IMG/VR virus record: IMGVR_UViG_3300009506_000022
Span: 1 to 64,000 of that record
DNA from: a virus
Length of the DNA stretch: 64,000 bases
Direction: 5' to 3' (one strand)
The stretch's first letter is position 1; each line of letters opens with the position of its first letter. The notes beneath the pieces were generated by a model that searched no databases, had not been told where the DNA came from, and saw only the letters and a list, made by a program, of their open reading frames with translations. The position numbers and the translations under genes were made by a program. Below are positions 50,401 through 59,860 of this stretch, in pieces.

Positions 50401-51914
50401 TGGCAAAGACTGCGGAAATAGTACCACTCATTAGAGGTGCAGCAAAGAAGCTTGAGAGATTAGAGCGAAGCGAGTTGGTTTCTGTCTATGAACAGTATCG
50501 AACAGCTTCTAATGAGTGGCTTCGCAGGCAGATAGTAGAAAACAATAGAATAGATATATTAGCGACTGTCATCCTTGGATATAAAGTAAAACCGTTTCAT
50601 TTGGCAATGTTGAAATGGCAGTTTCGTTACCCTCAAAATCTTGTTCTATCGTTTCGTGGTTGTGGAAAATCAACGATATGCACAGTTATAAAAGCCATTC
50701 ATTTGCATTGTAAAAATCGTCAGCTTAGGATCTTGATTGTTTCGGAAAGTAAAGCAACAGCATCTGATATTTTGAGGGACATCAAAGGGCATTATGAAAG
50801 CAACGATAGGTTGGCTGAAGTTTTTGGTTCTTTTTACGATCCAAAAATTGTCTCGAAATGGGATGTTTCAGCAATATCTATTGTCGGATCGCGACTGACA
50901 CAAAAAGAGACTAGTATCATGTGTGCTGGTCCAGATACTCGGATCACAGGAAAGCATTTTGATGTTGGTTTGATCGATGATTTGGTTACAGAAGACAATT
51001 CGCGTACTGAACATATGCGTGTTCGCGTAAAAACTTGGTATTATAAAACATATAGGCCTTTGATTTTGCCGCCAAAAGAAGGTCTTGAACATAGGGGAGA
51101 GCAACATCATAACGGAACATTTTATCATTGGGATGATCACTATCATCACCTTGAAGCGAATGAACTAAAAGGCAAAGTTCTAAAAATTCCATCGTTAGAT
51201 GAAAACGATAACTCACCTTGGCCTGAAGAGTATTCAACTAAGTTTTTATTAAACCAAAAAGATGAGCTTGGTTCGATTGTTTTTGGTTCTCAATATCAGA
51301 TGGACACAGACGCAATGAAAGGTGAAATCTTTCAGTATGACGATTGCCACCAAATAGATGGAGCGGATTATCCCCCTATTTCTGACATGATCATAACGAT
51401 GGGATGCGATCTTTCTGCGGACGAGAAAGAACAAAAACAGAATGCGATGTTTGCCATTGCTGTTATTGGGATAACTGGCAACATAGCAAAAGATGATATT
51501 TATATTTATCTATTAGATTATTATTTGCAGCATTTGAGACCAAGCAAACAACCAGAAAAGGTTATTGAATATTTTGATATATGGAATCCTTTTAGAGTCG
51601 GAATCGAAACAAATCAATATCAAGCTTCTTTGAAAGAGGCTGTAAAGCTGAAACGACCACAGATGAATGTGATAAAAATTCATTCTAAGATAGATAAAAT
51701 AACTCGTGCGATAAATGATTCTAGATATTTTGAAAATGGAAGAGCGTTTTTCAAAAAAGGTGTGCACGCAAAGCCGATCGATCATTTAGTGTTGTTTTCT
51801 GCAAGATCGAAATACAAAGATTTTTTTGATGCTTATGATTTCGCGCTGTACGCGGCAAAGAAAAAGAGAAACAAACAAGGAAAGCAAAAACGAAAAGTTT
51901 TTGGTGTCTTATAG
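50397..51914 (+). CDS. terL: terminase large subunit
   Basis: FRGCGKST, ITGKHFD..IDD, GT.YHWDD, WPE, F.SQYQ, GCD, IETNQYQ, DKITRA, D.FDA. Confidence 0.93.
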   Translation: MMAKTAEIVPLIRGAAKKLERLERSELVSVYEQYRTASNEWLRRQIVENNRIDILATVILGYKVKPFHLAMLKWQFRYPQNLVLSFRGCGKSTICTVIKAIHLHCKNRQLRILIVSESKATASDILRDIKGHYESNDRLAEVFGSFYDPKIVSKWDVSAISIVGSRLTQKETSIMCAGPDTRITGKHFDVGLIDDLVTEDNSRTEHMRVRVKTWYYKTYRPLILPPKEGLEHRGEQHHNGTFYHWDDHYHHLEANELKGKVLKIPSLDENDNSPWPEEYSTKFLLNQKDELGSIVFGSQYQMDTDAMKGEIFQYDDCHQIDGADYPPISDMIITMGCDLSADEKEQKQNAMFAIAVIGITGNIAKDDIYIYLLDYYLQHLRPSKQPEKVIEYFDIWNPFRVGIETNQYQASLKEAVKLKRPQMNVIKIHSKIDKITRAINDSRYFENGRAFFKKGVHAKPIDHLVLFSARSKYKDFFDAYDFALYAAKKKRNKQGKQKRKVFGVL

Positions 51915-51923
51915 GAGGAATCG

Positions 51924-53717
51924 ATGGGAGAAATAACAAAAAACTCGAACTTGCCTCTTCCAGAATCCCCAGAATCTCTAGCGATAAGAAAAAGGAATGT
52001 TAGAGCTGTTTTGATAAATAGCGACATAATCAAAAAAGTTTCTACCGAAATAATAGAAAAACAAGAAGACACCGAAGTTGGAGGAAGCAAACAAGTAGAA
52101 ACCGAGTTTGCAAAGTTGATTTCTTCTGGACAAGCTATTGATCCACCTTTTGATATGTTTGTTTTATCCACTCTTTCTGAGTACAACTCGGAAATGGGAC
52201 CTTGCATCGAGGCAATGAGAACCAACATAGATGGATTCGGTCATCGCTTGGTTTATCGTGGCGATCCAAAAGAGCTTGAAAACGATAAGCCGTTGGCAAA
52301 GAAGGTCTTAGAAGAAAAGGTTAGATTGGAAAACTTCTTCTTGTATGCTGGGCTCGATGATTCGTTTACAAAGATCAGAAAGAAAATGAGAACTGATCTT
52401 GAAAAGACAGGGAATGCGTATTGGGAAGTTGTCCGCTCCATGAAAGGCGAGATTCAGTATTTTGTTCCAATAAAAAGCTATCAAGTTCGACTTACAAAAC
52501 GCGACAAAGAACCAACAGAAGTAAACTTTCCTGTAGTAAAAATAGGACCTGATGGTAAATCGATCAAAAACGATTCGTTCAAAGTAAATACTTATTTCAG
52601 GAGATTTGTTCAGATCACATCGACAACATCTGTTGGCGCAAAAAAAAGTTGGTTCAAACAGTTTGGCGATCCAAGAATAATGGATTGCAAAACTGGGAGT
52701 TATGTTTCTCAAGGCGACTTGGAAAACTTCGAAGATACTGGCAAACCGATGCCAGCAAGTAGAAGGGCAAACGAAGTCGTTCATTGGAAAATGAATGACG
52801 ATCGTTCCCCCTATGGATTGCCTCGATGGATTGGAATATTCCTTGATATTTTGGGAGACAGAAAAGCAAGCGAAATCAACTATATTACTTTTTGTAACAA
52901 TAATATTCCAAGCTTGATTATTGCGGTTTCGAACGGGCAACTAACACAAGATACAGTTGATCGCATCAAAGAGTTTTTCGAGAAAGTTCAAGGTGACGAC
53001 AACCGTTCGAAAGCACTTGTGCTTGAAGCAGAACCATCAGATGAAGATGATGGAGAGGATGCTGGCGCGACCAAGATTGACGTAAAAACGCTAACGGAAG
53101 CGCAACATGATGATGCGATGTTCCAAAACTATAGTCGAGAGAACAGAGAAAAGGTTCGTGTTATCTGGCGCCTTCCTCCTATTTTCACTGGTAGAGCTCA
53201 AGACTATACGAGAACAACGGCTGAAACTTCTAGAGCGTTAGCTGATGAGCAAATTTTCGCACCAGAACGAGACGATTTTGACGATTGGGTAAACCGTATT
53301 TTGTTTCCAAGAATGGGTGTTTTGTATCATCGTTTTCAATCGAACTCTCCAAATACAACTGATAACTCAGAACTTACAAAGATTCTTTCTGGCGCTGAGA
53401 AGACAGGAGGGATTACACCGCGGATCGCGAGAAAGGTTCTCGAGGATATTTTAAGCGTTGAACTTCCACCGTTTCCAGAGGACTTCAACCCAGATATTCC
53501 GTTTAGCCTGACAATGGCTGAAGCGGTAAAAAATATGGGAAACCCAGTTGAGCCAGGACAATCAGTTACAGCTCTAAAGGGGTTAGAGGATGTCGTGAAA
53601 CTAACTGGAACGCCACACCCATTGATTAGTGCATTGATACTTCTTCGAAAGTCGCTTGAAGTCGAATGGTTGAAAGAGGTTTCTGAATCAGAATCAGAAG
53701 AAGAACATGTTGCGTAG
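51924..53717 (+). CDS. portal protein (PBSX-like)
   Basis: DLEKTGNAYWEVVR, FKQFGDPR, ANEV.H, YGLPRW, F.NN.IP, RLPPIF.G, YTRTTA, EQIF.PER. Confidence 0.9.
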   Translation: MGEITKNSNLPLPESPESLAIRKRNVRAVLINSDIIKKVSTEIIEKQEDTEVGGSKQVETEFAKLISSGQAIDPPFDMFVLSTLSEYNSEMGPCIEAMRTNIDGFGHRLVYRGDPKELENDKPLAKKVLEEKVRLENFFLYAGLDDSFTKIRKKMRTDLEKTGNAYWEVVRSMKGEIQYFVPIKSYQVRLTKRDKEPTEVNFPVVKIGPDGKSIKNDSFKVNTYFRRFVQITSTTSVGAKKSWFKQFGDPRIMDCKTGSYVSQGDLENFEDTGKPMPASRRANEVVHWKMNDDRSPYGLPRWIGIFLDILGDRKASEINYITFCNNNIPSLIIAVSNGQLTQDTVDRIKEFFEKVQGDDNRSKALVLEAEPSDEDDGEDAGATKIDVKTLTEAQHDDAMFQNYSRENREKVRVIWRLPPIFTGRAQDYTRTTAETSRALADEQIFAPERDDFDDWVNRILFPRMGVLYHRFQSNSPNTTDNSELTKILSGAEKTGGITPRIARKVLEDILSVELPPFPEDFNPDIPFSLTMAEAVKNMGNPVEPGQSVTALKGLEDVVKLTGTPHPLISALILLRKSLEVEWLKEVSESESEEEHVA

Positions 53718-54819
53718 TCAAACAATACATAGCCATATGCATGATGGCATTTCTGCGATTGACGCTATTATCGGTAAGGCGTTGAAGGTGAGTGAACTTG
53801 CCAGGATTGCGAAGATCGAAACGAATCTTAGAAAGTATATTGGTCGCGAATGGGACTCGTTGGCTTTAGATGCATCGAAACAAGCTGCAAGTGTAATCCG
53901 TTCTGGTTCTGGCGATCCGAATAATGATGATATCAACAGAATGATGGTGAAGATAAATCGCGTAATGAGCGATTGGAACGACAACATAGAGAAGCGATAT
54001 ATAGATGACAACAAAGAGGTTTATGAACTTGCGCATATTGCAGCGATGAAGCGTTCTCTTGGCAAAAACAAGAAGCAATTAGAATACAATACGCCAATAG
54101 GGCCTGAAACGAAGGTAAGCAAAGCAAAAGATATCGTTTATGTTACAGGAGATGATGGCGCGCGAGTTCCTGTTGTTCTTCCCTCATTCAACACAGTTGA
54201 TCTTGCGGCCATTGATGCTTTTGAGGAACATCAAGTTTTTTGGATCGGTCGACATTATAAAGAAAACGTTTCAAACACAGTTGCTGAAACCGCTCGAAAC
54301 ACGATTGTGAAAGCTGGTCTTGGACGCGAAGAAGCTGGAAAGATCGCGCAAAAAGTTGTTCGTGAAACGCTGGATATCGTGAAGGTTCCAGGTGGATTCA
54401 GTGGAACATCAACACAGTATTTCGAAGGCTTGGTTGCGAACGCTGTTACAACACAACGTGTTGCGGCTCAACTCACGAGTTTCGAGCGATTTGGATACAC
54501 AAAACAAACTATTGTAAATCCTCGTGATCAGAGGACGTGTCCTATATGCGATTTGATGGACGGAAAAGTTTTTGATGTTTCTGATGGAAGGCGAACTTTA
54601 GATAGATTGGTCAAAGCGAAGAATCCTACTTCTGTAAAAAAGATTCAGCCATTTATGACAGTTGCGATCGCAAGAGAACTTACTGGTGGTAAACGCGGTC
54701 CTATTGGAGCCAAACAGACTAAAGCTATTGTCGCTAGAGGCAATTCGATTCCCCCATTTCATTTTAAATGTAGGTGCAGTATCGATATAACAGAGGAAGA
54801 AGAAATCATTTCTTTTTGA
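53707..54819 (+). CDS. head morphogenesis protein (SPP1 gp7/MuF family)
   Basis: D.RTCPIC..MDGKVF and PPFHFKCRC motifs; follows portal. Confidence 0.88.
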   Translation: MLRSQTIHSHMHDGISAIDAIIGKALKVSELARIAKIETNLRKYIGREWDSLALDASKQAASVIRSGSGDPNNDDINRMMVKINRVMSDWNDNIEKRYIDDNKEVYELAHIAAMKRSLGKNKKQLEYNTPIGPETKVSKAKDIVYVTGDDGARVPVVLPSFNTVDLAAIDAFEEHQVFWIGRHYKENVSNTVAETARNTIVKAGLGREEAGKIAQKVVRETLDIVKVPGGFSGTSTQYFEGLVANAVTTQRVAAQLTSFERFGYTKQTIVNPRDQRTCPICDLMDGKVFDVSDGRRTLDRLVKAKNPTSVKKIQPFMTVAIARELTGGKRGPIGAKQTKAIVARGNSIPPFHFKCRCSIDITEEEEIISF

Positions 54820-54828
54820 GGAGTCAAT

Positions 54829-57800
54829 ATGAAAAACGAGCTACCAAAATCTGGAATAGTAGTTACCCCATCAAGTATGGCTGTTGCGATTTCCGAAGGT
54901 AGAAAAACTATCTTGGTGAAGACGAGAAGCTACAATATTGCCAACAGAGAAATGTTACTTCTTGATCGCAACAAAGCGTTGGGTGTTGTAAAAATCGGAG
55001 AAGAACAGGTTCTTCAAAACGATAATTTTGGCGAACATGAAGAACAACATCTGATTACAAAAGAGATCAGAAAAGACTGGTCTGAAGCTCAACCATCATG
55101 GGAAGAAGGGCCGTTCTTTCAATGGTCTGTCGAGATGGTTCAGAAATTTGATGAACCAATAAAGACTTATGTTGAGATTGGACCAACAGTTGTTATAGAA
55201 GAAATAAGTGAAATCGATATTGAAAAACGAGGACCTTTTGGACGTTGGGGTAGTTCAGGAATGTATGCTGAATGGCTTATAAAGCAGTTTCCAGAACACA
55301 AGAAGTATGTCGAGCCATTTGCGGGTTCTGCTTCTATTTTCTTTCGAAAGCAACCTTCAGAATCTGAAGTTCTTGCTGACTACGATAGCGAGGTTGTAAA
55401 TGCTCTGAAAACAATTAAAAAGTTGACGGAAGAACAATTTACAGTTCTCGAGTCTAAAGATCGCATCTTGTCCGAAGATAAGTGGAAGGAAATGAGAAGT
55501 AACATTCCTGAAGATTCTTTAGATAGGCTTCATCGAATGTTGTTCTTGAATGGTGGGGGTTGGAGTTCGAGTCTTATAAGCTATAGAATTCATAAAGATG
55601 GAAAGCAATCGTATGACCCGAATAGGCTGAAGCCGTACAAAGAGAGACTGAATAAAGGAAAAGTATCAATAGAATGTGCTGATTGGAAAGCGACGATTAA
55701 TAAACATGATTCAAAAGACACATTTTTCTTTATTGATTGTCCATATCCTGGAGAGTGGAGCAAAAAAGCCGATGATATTCCAAATGACGATCCAAAACGT
55801 GGCGAAAAAGTTCCTCTTGAGGAGTATGGAAAAGTCTTGAAGTCGATCAAGGGAAGTTTCGTTTTTGCGCTTGGTGATCACAAAGAACATCTCAAGTTTT
55901 TGAAATCACTTGAAGGTGTTGAAATAAAAACGTTTAGTGGAACTGAAGCATCAAATAAAGGTGGAACAAAAACAGCAAAGAGATATTTTGCTTTTAAAAC
56001 AGCGGCGTGTGGGAGCAAAAAACCAAAAAAGAAATCGTTTGACGAAGTCGAAACAGATGCAATGGAGTTTATCGATATAACAGAGGACCAACATGTTTTT
56101 GACGGGTTGATCCTAACAACAGAAAAAGAGGTGATTGACTACAGCACTTCTGAGTTAGTTGATATTCATAAATTGCTTCATCAGATATATTCAGAATTAC
56201 CAGATGGTTGGAACACATCTGATGTTGTCAATTTACATTCGATGGTTGTTGATGAGTTGTGCTCAAGAGAAAAAAATCACCCGTCACCTCCAGATAATGG
56301 CCTTGACGATATTTCTTTTGATTTTGAGTGTCTTACATCGAAACAAAAGAAATGGTTTGAAGAAAATTGCGACGAAGTTCCAGAAATTGAAGAGAGCATA
56401 TCTTATCTAGAAAAACGTCGACTTGCTTTATGGGGTTCCACCGCTGGAAAAAGCAGAGTTGCCAAAAGAATTGTGTCGATGATCCCAGAACACAAAACGT
56501 ATGTCGAGCCGTTTGCTGGTGGTGCTGCTGTTTTTTATGCAAAAGAGCCAAGCGAAAAAGAGGTTCTTTGTGATTCAAATCCAGAAGTTACACACGCATT
56601 CAAGTTTGTTCAATCTGCAAGTGATAACGAAATCGAAGCGCTTAAGAAAATGGATTGGACAGTAAGCAAGCCTCGAGCAAAATCGGTTCATGAAATGAAA
56701 CCAAAAGGAAGCGCTGAGAGATTTTTTAGGTTTGCTTATAAGAGATATGCGCTTTTTATGCGAAATGAAAATAGGATTACCGCAATAGATCCAGCAAAAG
56801 AAGGGAAGGCGCCAGATATAGCGAGTAGGATTTCCGAAACAAGAGAGAGACTGAAGAGGGTTTCTATTGTTGAAGGTGGATATGAAAAAGCGGTTAGTAA
56901 GTTTGATTCGCCAGAAACATTCTTTTATTTCGATCCGCCATATCCAAGTTTGGTCCAGGAGGTTGGAGAGAAAAGCTTTGATGAGGAAGCTTTCATCAAA
57001 ACACTGAAAGGCTTGAAGGGAAAGTTTCTTCTCCATTATGAAGCAAAAGCGAAAAAGAAATTTGATGGCGTTGATGGTTGGATTGTAAAAACCATTTCTG
57101 TTGCTCGTACTCCAGGTCATACAAAAGGAGGTAGCGCGCCAGGAAAACTTCTTGAAGTTAGAAATTATGAACTACCCAAAAAGAAGGTGAAGAAAAACGA
57201 TCCGTATTTGATGGCACCAGAAGGAGAGTTCCCTTTTTCAATACAACACCATTGGATTGGAAAATCGATGAACTCAGTTTTGAGAATCGGTGTTGTTCCA
57301 GACAGATGTGCGATCGGTTGGGCGATGAATACTCAACAAACTGAAGTAAGCGAACCAGTAACAACTCTTGCGAAATCTCGAGAGATATCAAAAAACTCAA
57401 GCAATATTTTCAGTGTTGATTGGTCTATTGGTAGATGGAACAAGAAAGGTGAAGAGGAACAACATATAGAGATTCTTTGTAAACGCCAATCTGTTTTTTC
57501 TCCTGTTTGGCTCGACATTGAGGCGAAAACCGCGAATCCAAAAGAAGGTGAACCATTACCTCTTGGCGGGAATCCGAAATATCCAGGTGTTTTCGAGATT
57601 GTAGAAAAAGGGGTAGTTCAGTTTGGCGCTCAAAGCGAAACTCTTCATGAATATTTTCTTTCTGGCACTGGATTCAAAGGAAAAACTATCTTTCGTATGA
57701 TGAAGATCAAAAAATCGATAGATGGTGATTGTCATGTTTGTGGAGTTGACGCAATAGTTGATGTTGGTTGGGCCGATGAACTCCCAGTGAAACTTTGTAA

Positions 57801-58959
57801 AAAATGCTATGACGATTGGCAAAAAAAGGAAGTGATAGAAAAATCATGCATTCCACAGATAGAATATGGTGACGATATTTCGTTCTGGGTTGGAACCAAT
57901 TCGAAAGATGCTGTTCCATTTGTGCTATCCGAAAAAGCGGTGAGTAGCGAGTGGATGCCACCAGATGGCGTTGCCGCTTTACCTAAAGAGATCAAAAAAC
58001 AAATTCCTAAAGAGTACGAATATTGGAATGAAGCTGGTAGTGATGCGAGACAGATGAGAGATCAACTTGTAAAGGCGATTCAAGAAAAAGATATTCCTCC
58101 TTTTGATTTCGAGTCAATCTTCAAATCTGATAGCCAGAAATCTGGATTCGTTTTACAAAAGCAAATCTGGGAAGATAAGAGCGATCCACGCTGGTTCATT
58201 AGAATTGATACAGGCAAACCAGAAATAAACGTAATTGAATTGCAGTCAGACCCAACCAATATTGAAAAAAGTGAAGTCCGAGTTTGGGTAGAGAAATATA
58301 AGTCTTCAATGGATATCGAGGGGTTGTTGTCGGTTGCTCATTATCTAAATCCAAAGAAAGGGATTAGCTCGTATCTGAAGAAGGTTGATGTTGGAAACGC
58401 TTCTGTGTTGTCTGATTCTGAAGAATCTACTCAAATTGAGTTTAAAGGAGATATTCTGGATGGAGTATTTACGTTAAAGCGAAATAATAACGAGTACTTA
58501 TTAGAGAGAAGCGGCAACGACACAATTGCTGAAATAGAGAAAATGATTGATTTTGAACTTGTTTTGCCAATCGATCATTTTGAAATCCACAAAGCAAAAA
58601 AAGGCAAGGAAAAACGGTTAGTTACTGGAATAGTACTTGAACCAGATATGGTTGATGCTCAAGACGACACCATCAAGTCTGAAGTGATCGAAAAAGCAGC
58701 TCATATGTTTCTTACTCAGTACAACAAAGAAACGAAACTTGGTTTGATGCACACAACGTTTGGCGATATCGGATTTGAATTGTGTCAATCCTTTCTCTCT
58801 CCTGTTGAGTACACTGTAGGGAAAAAAACAGTAAAAAAAGGAAGCTGGGTAATGACAGTACATGTCACTGATGATAATAGATGGTATGATATAAAAAATC
58901 GCAGGCTCACTGGATTTAGTATTGGTGGGAAGGCGAGGATGGCGAAGAAGAATGGATAA
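54829..58959 (+). CDS. multidomain prohead-protease polyprotein: ASCH-like + 2x Dam-like adenine MTase + LigD-PE-like + XkdF-type serine protease
   Basis: Two PEHK.YVEPFAG...F blocks with DCPY and DPPY; C-terminal RLVTGIVLEP..VDAQ.D...IEKAAH.F..MH...KGSW....LTGFSIGG. Confidence 0.85.
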   Translation: MKNELPKSGIVVTPSSMAVAISEGRKTILVKTRSYNIANREMLLLDRNKALGVVKIGEEQVLQNDNFGEHEEQHLITKEIRKDWSEAQPSWEEGPFFQWSVEMVQKFDEPIKTYVEIGPTVVIEEISEIDIEKRGPFGRWGSSGMYAEWLIKQFPEHKKYVEPFAGSASIFFRKQPSESEVLADYDSEVVNALKTIKKLTEEQFTVLESKDRILSEDKWKEMRSNIPEDSLDRLHRMLFLNGGGWSSSLISYRIHKDGKQSYDPNRLKPYKERLNKGKVSIECADWKATINKHDSKDTFFFIDCPYPGEWSKKADDIPNDDPKRGEKVPLEEYGKVLKSIKGSFVFALGDHKEHLKFLKSLEGVEIKTFSGTEASNKGGTKTAKRYFAFKTAACGSKKPKKKSFDEVETDAMEFIDITEDQHVFDGLILTTEKEVIDYSTSELVDIHKLLHQIYSELPDGWNTSDVVNLHSMVVDELCSREKNHPSPPDNGLDDISFDFECLTSKQKKWFEENCDEVPEIEESISYLEKRRLALWGSTAGKSRVAKRIVSMIPEHKTYVEPFAGGAAVFYAKEPSEKEVLCDSNPEVTHAFKFVQSASDNEIEALKKMDWTVSKPRAKSVHEMKPKGSAERFFRFAYKRYALFMRNENRITAIDPAKEGKAPDIASRISETRERLKRVSIVEGGYEKAVSKFDSPETFFYFDPPYPSLVQEVGEKSFDEEAFIKTLKGLKGKFLLHYEAKAKKKFDGVDGWIVKTISVARTPGHTKGGSAPGKLLEVRNYELPKKKVKKNDPYLMAPEGEFPFSIQHHWIGKSMNSVLRIGVVPDRCAIGWAMNTQQTEVSEPVTTLAKSREISKNSSNIFSVDWSIGRWNKKGEEEQHIEILCKRQSVFSPVWLDIEAKTANPKEGEPLPLGGNPKYPGVFEIVEKGVVQFGAQSETLHEYFLSGTGFKGKTIFRMMKIKKSIDGDCHVCGVDAIVDVGWADELPVKLCKKCYDDWQKKEVIEKSCIPQIEYGDDISFWVGTNSKDAVPFVLSEKAVSSEWMPPDGVAALPKEIKKQIPKEYEYWNEAGSDARQMRDQLVKAIQEKDIPPFDFESIFKSDSQKSGFVLQKQIWEDKSDPRWFIRIDTGKPEINVIELQSDPTNIEKSEVRVWVEKYKSSMDIEGLLSVAHYLNPKKGISSYLKKVDVGNASVLSDSEESTQIEFKGDILDGVFTLKRNNNEYLLERSGNDTIAEIEKMIDFELVLPIDHFEIHKAKKGKEKRLVTGIVLEPDMVDAQDDTIKSEVIEKAAHMFLTQYNKETKLGLMHTTFGDIGFELCQSFLSPVEYTVGKKTVKKGSWVMTVHVTDDNRWYDIKNRRLTGFSIGGKARMAKKNG

Positions 58960-59803
58960 GCCGCAATCTTCAAAACAAAACCTAAAAGATGCCAACGAGA
59001 TTCTTGAGCTATTCGTAGGCGAGGTTTCGGTGGTAGATAAGCCAGCTAATCTGCGAGATTTTTTGGTAGTCAAAAGAAGAAACAAGGAGGACTCGATGGG
59101 ACAAGCTTTTCAGCAGGATCCTGAGGTCGACAATTTAGAGTTAGTAGAAAAACTAGCTTGGTCAGACCTTGAGAAAGCGGCGCTGCCTGATGATCTAAAG
59201 AAAATGATCGACTCAGCAGTTGCCTGGATGAAAAAAAACGCAAGTGCTGAGAACGCGCCGAAAGAAGCGATTCTTGCTGCTACAGCACTTCTATCAAAGG
59301 TTGCTGGCGGGAAGTTCCCTGGCACAGCACCGAAATCGAAGGATGATGATAAAGACAAGAGCGATGATAGCAAAGATAAGAAAAAGTCTTTGTTGGTTGT
59401 TGGAGATGACGGTTCTTTTGAGATCGGCGGTGAGCCTATCGAAAAAGGGAAATCTCAGTTTACCAAAGAAAGAGTTGACGCTTTGAAAAATGCAATAGCG
59501 CCTTTGATTGGCGTATATGCTCAAGTTGATGAAGCCGGTGCGAAAGAGATGGTTCAAAACCTTGTTGGCGAAACTCTTTCTGGTGAAATAAAGTGGACAG
59601 AAAAGCGTGTTCCAGAACCAACCGATATCGCAGAACAGATCAAGAAGGCAATGGAACCTTTTGCTGAACAAATCAAAGAGGTTGGAAAGCGAGTTGAAGA
59701 CCTCGAGGGTTCTCGCTCAGCTCCACAATCTGATCCTGGTGATGGTGACACCACCGACAAACAAAAAAGTGACAACCCTTGGGATGGCTTGCCGATAGGC
59801 TAG
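58952..59803 (+). CDS. protease C-terminal segment (EVSVVDKPAN) fused to capsid scaffold; internal start at 59096
   Basis: EVSVVDKPAN..FLVVK motif, coiled coil, C-terminal PWDGL; SD AAGGAGG before ATG 59096. Confidence 0.75.
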   Translation: MDKPQSSKQNLKDANEILELFVGEVSVVDKPANLRDFLVVKRRNKEDSMGQAFQQDPEVDNLELVEKLAWSDLEKAALPDDLKKMIDSAVAWMKKNASAENAPKEAILAATALLSKVAGGKFPGTAPKSKDDDKDKSDDSKDKKKSLLVVGDDGSFEIGGEPIEKGKSQFTKERVDALKNAIAPLIGVYAQVDEAGAKEMVQNLVGETLSGEIKWTEKRVPEPTDIAEQIKKAMEPFAEQIKEVGKRVEDLEGSRSAPQSDPGDGDTTDKQKSDNPWDGLPIG

Positions 59804-59860
59804 CTTTGCCGCAGTGGCTTTTTCGCAACCCTTATAGGTTTATTTTATCAGGAGGAAATC

